A DNA stretch of 32,000 nucleotides from the NCBI GenBank assembly GCA_943789275.1, contig CALSTM010000003.1, forward strand, positions 270,001 to 302,000. Reading direction: 5' to 3'. The DNA comes from Candidatus Poseidoniaceae archaeon. GTDB taxonomy: Archaea; Thermoplasmatota; Poseidoniia; Poseidoniales; Poseidoniaceae. A program made the translations under genes and the position numbers. A model generated the notes under the pieces. That model was not told where the DNA came from, ran no database searches, and saw only the letters and a list, made by a program, of their open reading frames with translations. Below, one piece after another: positions 1 to 6,705 of this stretch (the stretch's first letter is position 1; each line of letters starts with the position of its first letter).

Positions 1-500
1 ACTACGTGTTCATTGGCGGTACGGTCTTTGCACTGTTCTCCGGTGTTTACTACTGGTTCCCCAAGGCAACAGGAAAGAAACTTGATGAGACCCTCGGTCT
101 TTGGCACTTCCTGATTGGCTTCTCTGCCTACAACGCAACCTTCTGGCCAATGCACGCTCTTGGAATCATGGGCATGCCTCGCCGAACGCACAGCTATACT
201 GTTGAGAGCGGCTTTGCGGAATACAACATGGCCGTCAGCATCTTTTCATTCATTTTCGGCCTCAGCCAAATCTTGCTGGTTTGGAACATTATCAAATCCA
301 ACAGAAGCGGTGAGCCTGCAGGAAACGATCCATGGGGTGGCTGGTCGCTCGAATGGGCAACGACCTCACCACCACCAACGCCTTCCTTCCACGAGATACC
401 TACTCAAGGAGACATGAACGAATTATACGGCCACCATTCGACCAAGCCGTCGATTGGCGAGAAAATGTGGAAAGCAACTCCAAAGGGGGCTGAAGAATGA
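1..500 (+). CDS. coxA: Heme-copper (cytochrome c) oxidase subunit I, C-terminal ~165 aa; the 5' end lies outside the window
   Basis: The reading frame is open to the window edge (codon phase of nt 3: Y-V-F-I-GG). The translation carries conserved subunit-I C-terminal blocks: YYWFPK.TG, LGIMGMPRR, NDPWGG.SLEW.TSPPP. The stop overlaps the next start (ATGA at 497-500). Confidence 0.93.
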   Translation, partial: YVFIGGTVFALFSGVYYWFPKATGKKLDETLGLWHFLIGFSAYNATFWPMHALGIMGMPRRTHSYTVESGFAEYNMAVSIFSFIFGLSQILLVWNIIKSNRSGEPAGNDPWGGWSLEWATTSPPPTPSFHEIPTQGDMNELYGHHSTKPSIGEKMWKATPKGAEE

Positions 501-1792
501 GCGGAAACGGTTCTCACGTTGAAAACGGAATTTGGATGCGCGCAGTCATGATGGGTGGAATCATCCTCACCATTGGTGTGCTGTTGTTTGCAACACTGGG
601 CATCGCCTTGGCGGACGGAAAACACGACACATGGAAACAGTTGGAAGACGACTATCACCATGAAGAAGAAGTCCTCGCAGCCCAAGGCAACATTACCGCG
701 GAGCAAGCTAAGCATCTTGACCACATGCACCATGAAGAAATTGATGCACACCTTTCCTACCTTACCTACCGAGTAGCAGGAATTACCATCTTACTGATGT
801 CGATTACTTATGCGGCCTTCATTGGTGTCGGTGGTTTCCTTAACGCCAGTAAACCGCAAGCAGACCATGGTGACGGACACGATGAACATGAGCATCATGG
901 CTCGTCTTCACCAATCGTTTTCGCCTTTGGTATCATGCTGTTCTTGATTGGTTTCCCTGACTTTGTTGTTGCCTGTAAGGCAATGTTGAGTTCGGACGTC
1001 ACCGTTGACCTCAGTATGCTGGCAGTCAGCATGGTTGGGCTGATCACGATTGTTATTGCCGTATCCAATTGGTGGTTTGAAGATTTACCGTTCGTCGGAC
1101 ACGGTGAGCAAATTGCGACCTCATACCCATTCGAAGGCGAACACATCCGTAAAGCAGGATTGTGGGTCTTCATCATGTCTGAAATTATGGTTTTCGCAAC
1201 CTTCTTCTCATCGTATCTCCGTATGCGTACTGAGTGGTGTACCGACTGGGCTATCAAAGACGGCGTAGAAGCCTGTGAAGGTGTCGAACTGGGTACAGTC
1301 GTCACAGCATCGGATTTACTTCGATACGATGTGGCAACTTTGATGCCTGGTGCAATCAATACGTTCGCACTGATTATCTCCTCCTACACCATCGTCTTGG
1401 CTCTCAAGACGGCGAAGAATGCGAACTGGGAACCTTCCGCTGGATTCATGGGCAAACTCATGCCAACTCGAAAAGCAGCAGTCCGAAATTACTTGATTGC
1501 TACTCTTCTGCTTGGTTCTCTGTTTATCGTTCTCAAACTCGTAGAATGGAGCCATTTGGTCGCAGAAGGCTTCGATATCGGAACCGTTCAAGGTTCAATT
1601 TTCTACATCGCAACAGGTGCGCACGGACTGCACGTCTTCATTGGCTTGCTTGTCATGTTGTACTTGGTGTTCAAGGCCGACACCGTTGGCTTTGACGAGG
1701 ACAATGCACAGGGAATCGAATACTTCGGTCTCTACTGGCACTTTGTCGACTTGGCTTGGGTTGTCATCTTCCCAGCATTCTATCTGTATTGA
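497..1792 (+). CDS. coxC: Cytochrome c oxidase subunit III with a ~200-aa N-terminal membrane extension carrying two His/acid-rich loops
   Basis: The C-terminal ~225 aa have subunit-III hallmarks: GLWVFIMSEIMVFATFFSSY, ATGAHGLHVFIGL, YWHFVDLAWVVIFPAFYLY. The N-terminal part has ~4 predicted TM helices and the loops DYHHEEE..KHLDHMHHEEIDAH and ADHGDGHDEHEHHG. It is translationally coupled to coxI by ATGA. Confidence 0.85.
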   Translation: MSGNGSHVENGIWMRAVMMGGIILTIGVLLFATLGIALADGKHDTWKQLEDDYHHEEEVLAAQGNITAEQAKHLDHMHHEEIDAHLSYLTYRVAGITILLMSITYAAFIGVGGFLNASKPQADHGDGHDEHEHHGSSSPIVFAFGIMLFLIGFPDFVVACKAMLSSDVTVDLSMLAVSMVGLITIVIAVSNWWFEDLPFVGHGEQIATSYPFEGEHIRKAGLWVFIMSEIMVFATFFSSYLRMRTEWCTDWAIKDGVEACEGVELGTVVTASDLLRYDVATLMPGAINTFALIISSYTIVLALKTAKNANWEPSAGFMGKLMPTRKAAVRNYLIATLLLGSLFIVLKLVEWSHLVAEGFDIGTVQGSIFYIATGAHGLHVFIGLLVMLYLVFKADTVGFDEDNAQGIEYFGLYWHFVDLAWVVIFPAFYLY

Positions 1793-1797
1793 GGTGA
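1791..1797 (+). promoter_or_regulatory. Shine-Dalgarno site (GAGGTGA) for the subunit-IV-like gene
   Basis: GAGGTGA lies 4 nt upstream of the ATG at 1802 and overlaps the coxIII stop codon. It is complementary to the canonical 16S 3' tail (CCUCC core). Confidence 0.5.
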
Positions 1798-1801
1798 AAT
1801 A

Positions 1802-2164
1802 ATGGGCGAACATGTTGAATTTATGGGCAAAGATATCTACTTTTGGAACTTCATCGTTTTGATGTTTTTCACCTTGTTTGAAGTTGGTGCGGTTTTCTTT
1901 GAAGTTATACCAGGTACGGACATCGAAATCACCAAATCCGCAGTATGGGCGATTCTTATTATTGTTGGAATCATCAAGGGCTACGGAATTGCAGCGTACT
2001 TTATGCACTTGAAAGACGACCCGCGCATCTACACTCGAACCGCACTGTTCCCAGTTTTGTTCGTTCTTCTGATGCTTTGGGGTATCGGCCTTTCCAATCC
2101 AGCTGGCGTTACAGACTTGCCAAGCTGGTGTACCCCGAACTGGGATTATGCAACAACCCGTTGA
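1802..2164 (+). CDS. Small 3-TM membrane protein, prokaryotic cytochrome oxidase subunit IV-like (COX4_pro/CyoD-like)
   Basis: 120 aa with three hydrophobic helices and the motif GIAAYFMHLKDDP, which resembles the FMHL block of prokaryotic subunit IV. It sits directly after coxIII and has an SD site. Confidence 0.6.
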   Translation: MGEHVEFMGKDIYFWNFIVLMFFTLFEVGAVFFEVIPGTDIEITKSAVWAILIIVGIIKGYGIAAYFMHLKDDPRIYTRTALFPVLFVLLMLWGIGLSNPAGVTDLPSWCTPNWDYATTR

Positions 2165-2218
2165 ACACTTTGACAACTGTTCAAAGGATTGATAACGCTC
2201 CTTTGCTGAGCATTCTTC

Positions 2219-3760
2219 ATGGACAGGAAAGTACTCGTTAGCCTAGCAATGGTTACACTTCTCTTGATGGCATCAGCCCCACTCGCATCGGCTTACAAAG
2301 GACATCAATTATCCCGTGCCGAAGTTGTTGACTTCACACTCGTTGACCAAAACAATGAGAACTTTACGTTTTCACAAAGTTTCTCCGATGTTCACGTAAT
2401 TGCTTTCATTTTCACTCGCTGTCCTGATGTTTGCCCAGTCATCACCCAATCGCTCAAATTGGTTGAGGATGGCCTTTCAGATGAAGATGCAGAAAAGGTC
2501 GAATTTGTTTCAATCACGGTGGACCCAAGTTACGACACTCCAGAGCAACTCAAACTCTTTACCGAATACCACAACATTGACTGGCCACATCTTAGCGGTG
2601 ACAAAGAGGTTCTGCAGGATGTTTACAACTCCTTTGGCATCATTGTTGAAGAAGAGGTTATTGAGGCTCATATCGCAAACGCCGACCCGACGGTCACCTT
2701 TGTTGACCTCTCTGGAAATTCCAGCGAAACGATGTTTGCTCCAAACGGCTGGACCATGAATGAAATCATTGCCGAGGAAGCAAATTGGACGATCAATGCT
2801 ACGTATGGCCAGTACGGGCACTTGGTATCGGGCATCAACGGAGTTGAATCGCCTTCCGATTGGTCATGGTACTGGTCCCTCAATGTGTTCAACGACTCGT
2901 CTCAAGCGTGGGAGGAGTCCATGGTTGGCATCGATTCCATCGATGCGGTGGAAAACAGCAACCTGCTTTGGGCAGCCTCCACAACCAACATCTCTCAAAT
3001 CCCCGTTCCAGAAGAAAACGCTTCCACGCCTTCAGTTACCGTCCTCTACCCTGATAATTCCACAGCAAATCACTCGCTTCAAACCGATTTCAACGCCTAT
3101 CATCTTACCAAAGGAGCATTTTCCAGCGTTGGTATGAACACGACGTTTGAGAACAGTAATTACGGCCACATGCTTACTTCAATCGATGATGTAAGCAGTC
3201 CGAGCGACTGGTCATGGTACTGGTCGCTCTACGTCTGGAATACGACCGGCAACGGCTGGGATGTATCGATGGTTGGAGTCGATGAACTGGTTGACCCAAT
3301 GTACATTGCTTGGGCTCCAAATTCAACCAGTGGTTCTGACATTCCAATGCCGGAGTCGTTGCGTCCAACAGACATCATGGCGCCCCAAGTTTGCAACGGA
3401 TACGGATGGGAAATGGGCTCGGGGGAAGGAAAACACTGCATGTGTGACGAAGGCTATGAATGGGGTGAAGGCGACCGTTTGTCATGCGTTGCTGTTGAAG
3501 AAACAGAAGTTGAGTATTCGGTTGGCCACTCCACAATCACCTTCATCATGGACGGTATGAAGCCGAAGATTGCCTGGAGCGGTGACTCTTGGAAAGCCGA
3601 TGATTTCCGAGCCGATGTTGAACAAGTCATCTCATCGCAGTCCTCTTCAGACTCATCAGATCCACTTCCAGGAATGACCTTCTTCATCGCAGTAACCGGT
3701 TTGACATTTGCTGCGGCGGTTGTCCACATTGGCTCAAGAGATGAAGAAGAAGAAGCGTAA
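2219..3760 (+). CDS. SCO1/SenC-family copper chaperone with signal peptide, large internal insertion and C-terminal TM anchor
   Basis: N-terminal signal MVTLLLMASAPLASA. SCO1 blocks FIFTRCPDVCPV (CxxxC, C68/C72) and SITVDPSYDTPEQLKLF. The canonical His-ligand strand EYSVGHSTITFIMDG appears only at aa 432-446. The end of the protein is PLPGMTFFIAVTGLTFAAAVVHIGSRDEEEEA. The gene is last in the cox cluster. Confidence 0.8.
   Translation: MDRKVLVSLAMVTLLLMASAPLASAYKGHQLSRAEVVDFTLVDQNNENFTFSQSFSDVHVIAFIFTRCPDVCPVITQSLKLVEDGLSDEDAEKVEFVSITVDPSYDTPEQLKLFTEYHNIDWPHLSGDKEVLQDVYNSFGIIVEEEVIEAHIANADPTVTFVDLSGNSSETMFAPNGWTMNEIIAEEANWTINATYGQYGHLVSGINGVESPSDWSWYWSLNVFNDSSQAWEESMVGIDSIDAVENSNLLWAASTTNISQIPVPEENASTPSVTVLYPDNSTANHSLQTDFNAYHLTKGAFSSVGMNTTFENSNYGHMLTSIDDVSSPSDWSWYWSLYVWNTTGNGWDVSMVGVDELVDPMYIAWAPNSTSGSDIPMPESLRPTDIMAPQVCNGYGWEMGSGEGKHCMCDEGYEWGEGDRLSCVAVEETEVEYSVGHSTITFIMDGMKPKIAWSGDSWKADDFRADVEQVISSQSSSDSSDPLPGMTFFIAVTGLTFAAAVVHIGSRDEEEEA
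2729..3004 (+). repeat. Intragenic repeat 1 (DUF4430-like module) inside the SCO1 gene
   Basis: aa ~171-262: ..YGQYGHLVSGINGVESPSDWSWYWSLNVFNDSSQAWEESMVGIDSIDAVENSNLLWAA. The core SPSDWSWYWSL and the DNA string tggtcatggtactggtc are shared with repeat 2. Confidence 0.7.
3065..3325 (+). repeat. Intragenic repeat 2 (DUF4430-like module) inside the SCO1 gene
   Basis: aa ~283-369: ..NSNYGHMLTSIDDVSSPSDWSWYWSLYVWNTTGNGWDVSMVGVDELVDPMYIAWAP. It is colinear with repeat 1. Confidence 0.7.
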
Positions 3761-3823
3761 GGCTCATATCGAGTTGACGACCGACTTGCATTTGCGATAA
3801 CGGGTTTTCGCACCCCAAACTCA

Positions 3824-3906
3824 GCAGAGATCGCATAGCCCGGTATTGCGGTGGACTTGAAATCCACTGTCCCTTGGACTCGGGGGTTCGAATCCCTCTC
3901 TCTGCG
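3824..3906 (+). tRNA. tRNA-Ser (anticodon UGA), class II with long variable arm
   Basis: Manual fold. Acceptor GCAGAGA/TCTCTGC. 3-bp D stem GCA/TGC. Anticodon stem GTGGA/TCCAC with loop CT-TGA-AA (anticodon 3858-3860). Variable arm T-GTCC-CTT-GGAC-TC. T arm GGGGG-TTCGAAT-CCCTC. Discriminator G3906. The genomic sequence continues CCT, so CCA is not fully encoded. Confidence 0.9.
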
Positions 3907-3914
3907 CCTTACCA

Positions 3915-3928
3915 TTTTAGTGGTTTTT
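3915..3928 (+). terminator. T-tract terminator candidate after the tRNA
   Basis: TTTT (3915-3918) and TTTTT (3924-3928) lie within 25 nt of the tRNA 3' end. Oligo-T tracts act as archaeal (and Pol III-like) termination signals. Confidence 0.4.
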
Positions 3929-3979
3929 ACCTTGTTCCTTGACGGAAGAGTTCTCAAACTAAAGCGCACCTCGCTGTCC

Positions 3980-5452
3980 ATGCGCAGGGCTCGATTCGCC
4001 GTCTTCCTCGTTCTCAGCATGGCTTTAGCAGGTTGTCTAGGGCCGACTACAGCATCATGGGGTAAAGGCAGCGGCGAAGTGCATGTCGACTTCAGTCAAG
4101 AGTCGACCACCGTTACCTCCTCTCTTGGCTCGACAAGTCAAACCTTTAGTGACATTCAGCCGATTGGTTGTGCGACTGAGGATGGCGATCTTGCAAGCAA
4201 CAGTTCAACACCAGTTTCATTCTCAGGTTACCTTGCATCCAGTCAAATTTTTTCAGCGCATTCTGAATCCGACGCTAATGAATTGGACTTTGCGGTTACA
4301 GCGAGCGTGGCCATTGAACAGATGCCAATCTCTCTTGCCGAATCCGTGGTTGAGGGTGAAGGCTCACGAATTGATGTAAAGAGTTGGATGGAGCCTTTAC
4401 GTCCGAGAACCGGCATGGGCACGGTAAATCTAGAGAAAATCAATTCCGATGCGGAATCAAAATGGTATGTTCTCGGTCTTATCCCGACAACTGAAAACAT
4501 CCAAGAAGGAATGGTTGCAGTCAATGAATGGCATCAGTCCGTGACCATCTATGGCTATCTTGTTCAGATGGAATCAAGCAGCAATAACGCTCCAGGGCTC
4601 TATAATTCACAGGAAGCGAATCCAGATTGCAGTGTCAAAATTGGTTCGAACAACAATGAACGACTCTATGTCTTGGTTACATCCATTGAACTGAGCGACT
4701 CGACCGTGAGTTCGAGCGGAGATGATGGTGACGAGTGGGTTTACGGAGACGTACCTCTTTTCTCACGCACAGGCTATATTTTCTTCTTTATCATCGTCGG
4801 TATTGGAGGCGGTGTTGGTTCCTTTATCCTCTCAAAGATGTTCGTCCTCCAAGGTGCGAAAGCATCGATGAAAAACCTCATTGGTAAGTCCGGAATGGAT
4901 GCTGTAAAACAAGTGAAAAAGGACGTGAAGTCTGCCAAGGCTTCTGGATTGTCATCCCCAATTGACCGTCAGAAAGCATCGAGAAAACAAGCCGAAAAAA
5001 CGTACAGCAATTCGGATAATAAATCTTCAGAGTCAGCGCTTGCAGGATTTGATTTGGACAGCGTTCTCTCGTCGGCTCCGAGCACCAGTTCAACCAATGA
5101 ATTCGGTGGAGGAAAGTCTTCTGTTGTAAAGACGGAAGAATCCAAAGAGATGGACCGAGATATCTCGAAACCGACCTCGGATTTCACGCCGCCAGTGAGT
5201 CAAATCTCTGTACCGCCGCGCCAATCGACTTCGAACATTACTTCCAGTCAGCCAACATCTCAACCAACCGAGCACTTTTCTTCGACTGCTCCGGCAAAGA
5301 AAGCCAAGTCTGGACCCCCAAAGAGAAAGACGGTTCGTAAACGAAAGGCAACCGTCAAACAGGAAGATCCTGAACCAGAAGCAGAACCTCGACAAACTGA
5401 ACGGCAAACGTACGATGATTCGGACGAAGACTTCTCAGATTTCTCATTCTGA
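3980..5452 (+). CDS. Hypothetical lipobox-containing surface protein with one TM helix and a ~200-aa low-complexity cytoplasmic tail
   Basis: I trimmed the track ORF 3851..5452, because its first 43 codons run through the tRNA. The ATG at 3980 gives MRRARFAVFLVLSMALAGC (signal plus LAGC lipobox). The TM helix is GYIFFFIIVGIGGGVGSFILSKMFVL (nt 4772-4849). The tail is S/T/K/E-rich. I recognise no family motif. Confidence 0.7.
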   Translation: MRRARFAVFLVLSMALAGCLGPTTASWGKGSGEVHVDFSQESTTVTSSLGSTSQTFSDIQPIGCATEDGDLASNSSTPVSFSGYLASSQIFSAHSESDANELDFAVTASVAIEQMPISLAESVVEGEGSRIDVKSWMEPLRPRTGMGTVNLEKINSDAESKWYVLGLIPTTENIQEGMVAVNEWHQSVTIYGYLVQMESSSNNAPGLYNSQEANPDCSVKIGSNNNERLYVLVTSIELSDSTVSSSGDDGDEWVYGDVPLFSRTGYIFFFIIVGIGGGVGSFILSKMFVLQGAKASMKNLIGKSGMDAVKQVKKDVKSAKASGLSSPIDRQKASRKQAEKTYSNSDNKSSESALAGFDLDSVLSSAPSTSSTNEFGGGKSSVVKTEESKEMDRDISKPTSDFTPPVSQISVPPRQSTSNITSSQPTSQPTEHFSSTAPAKKAKSGPPKRKTVRKRKATVKQEDPEPEAEPRQTERQTYDDSDEDFSDFSF

Positions 5453-6508
5453 TTGAGGTACGCAAATCTGTACGGCACTCGGTAAGACTTCCATTTTCAA
5501 CGGTGTAGAGCCGATGTTTTCACCGTCGACGTTGATCGCAGCTGGAGTAGGCGTGTCGATGCTCAATGTCTTGAACTTATGATAATCCACGCGTGGGTGG
5601 AAGACATGCCGTCCTTCGCTTTTGAGCATACCAAATGCCTTGAGAACATCTCTTCGCGTCATTTTCTTGAGTATCCCAATATCCATCAAACCATCATCGA
5701 GCGAGGCGCCTGGGGCTAACGGTAACATGGAGCCCCCAGTTTGACTGTTCTGGATCAAAAACAGCGTATAATCATCTTCCATTTGAACTCCATCCAGCGT
5801 GAGTGTGGCATGGCGCCGATTGTTTGCCATGATGGCCATAAGAATGCCAACGTCGTACCGCATTGGCCCCATCCAGCGCATACGCTCCGCCTTGATGGTT
5901 GAATCAACGCCCAGTCCCCACGTGACAAGATTATGGCTGTAGCGCACAGTTTGACCTTTTTCCGAACCGGGTAGGCCTTCGAGCATCTCGACTTTCGCTA
6001 AATCGAGGTTTTGATATGTGCCATGAAGGATACTGCGAACTGCTTGTTCAGTTGAAGTGAGGCCAAGGTCATTCGCTACCGAATTTCCAGTTCCAGCAGG
6101 AATAAGCGCAAACAACTCACAGCCCTCAGATGTTGCCATCATTCTGCCAGTGATGACTTCGGAAAGACTCCCATCTCCTCCAACGACAGCAAAAACATCG
6201 TTGGCTTGTGCTTGGATGGATTCAGCGACTTCGATAAGATGGCCGCTGTGGGCTGAAAAATGGATTTCTACAGTCTTCCCTTCTTTTTCGAGTAACTCTT
6301 TGACCTGTTCACCAATTTTCTTTCCTTTTCTTTTACCAGCGAATGGGTTTACCAAAAGATGGATACAACCAACGCCCGACTTGTGCGTTGGCTTTTGGGT
6401 AAACACCTCGGCATAAATTGGTTTATGCTCCCCCTTTTTCTTTTTTGAAGACGGGTCGGGTTTGAATGCAAGTGCAGCAGGCCCTTGGCTCGAATGGCTG
6501 TTTGACAT
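5444..6508 (-). CDS. Diacylglycerol/lipid kinase family protein (DAGK catalytic domain; YegS/LCB5-like)
   Basis: Motifs LLVNPFAGKRKGKK and VVGGDGSLSEV (the GGDG nucleotide-binding block), followed by the accessory beta-sandwich part ending in NVDGE. The 3' end overlaps the upstream convergent gene by 9 nt. Confidence 0.8.
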   Translation of the reverse strand: MSNSHSSQGPAALAFKPDPSSKKKKGEHKPIYAEVFTQKPTHKSGVGCIHLLVNPFAGKRKGKKIGEQVKELLEKEGKTVEIHFSAHSGHLIEVAESIQAQANDVFAVVGGDGSLSEVITGRMMATSEGCELFALIPAGTGNSVANDLGLTSTEQAVRSILHGTYQNLDLAKVEMLEGLPGSEKGQTVRYSHNLVTWGLGVDSTIKAERMRWMGPMRYDVGILMAIMANNRRHATLTLDGVQMEDDYTLFLIQNSQTGGSMLPLAPGASLDDGLMDIGILKKMTRRDVLKAFGMLKSEGRHVFHPRVDYHKFKTLSIDTPTPAAINVDGENIGSTPLKMEVLPSAVQICVPQSE

Positions 6509-6705
6509 ATCTCAATGAGATGGGTTCTTGGTTTCAAGTCTTCTCCTCGAAGCACGAATTCTGATTTAATTTAAAGTGAATAGAAAACCATTCAAAATGC
6601 ATAAAACCCCTGGAGGCGGCAAAAAAGCAAGCAGTCGGCCATTTTCCCAATCAAGCATTGGAGTAAAAAGCAAGAAGTCTTGAACTCGACTGATGTGGTA
6701 GTGAC

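Noticed and set aside
1595-2176. A 193-aa minus-strand ORF spanning the coxIII end and the subunit-IV-like gene.
   Set aside because: It is antisense to conserved cox genes that are SD-linked, and it has no motifs.
2660-2720. H151 (IEAHIANADPTVTFVDLSGN) as the SCO1 copper-ligand His. This would make the SCO1 domain contiguous and the rest a C-terminal extension.
   Set aside because: The spacing from the CxxxC is canonical, but the surrounding sequence fits the DY.VDHS...YL.D..G consensus much less well than EYSVGHSTITFIMDG at aa 432-446. I kept it as the explicit alternative in the refutation criteria rather than fully excluding it.
3824-3980. The tRNA-Ser as the attachment site of an integrated element, given that an unknown gene follows it.
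   Set aside because: There is no integrase or other mobile-element gene nearby. I did not find a second copy of the tRNA 3' half (ggttcgaatccctctctctgc) elsewhere in the window by eye. A proper repeat search would be needed to exclude it fully.
3454-4020. A 188-aa minus-strand ORF, and the N-terminal 43 codons of the plus-strand ORF 3851..5452. Both cover the tRNA locus.
   Set aside because: Both run straight through a well-folding tRNA-Ser gene. The plus ORF has a much better start at 3980, with a signal peptide and lipobox. The minus ORF overlaps the SCO1 3' end and has no recognisable features.
6509-6705. A long (197-nt) spacer upstream of ribD, considered as a possible FMN riboswitch.
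   Set aside because: I could not find the conserved FMN-element core sequences or its multi-stem arrangement. FMN riboswitches are bacterial, and the spacer is a divergent promoter region that is AT-rich around 6557-6585.
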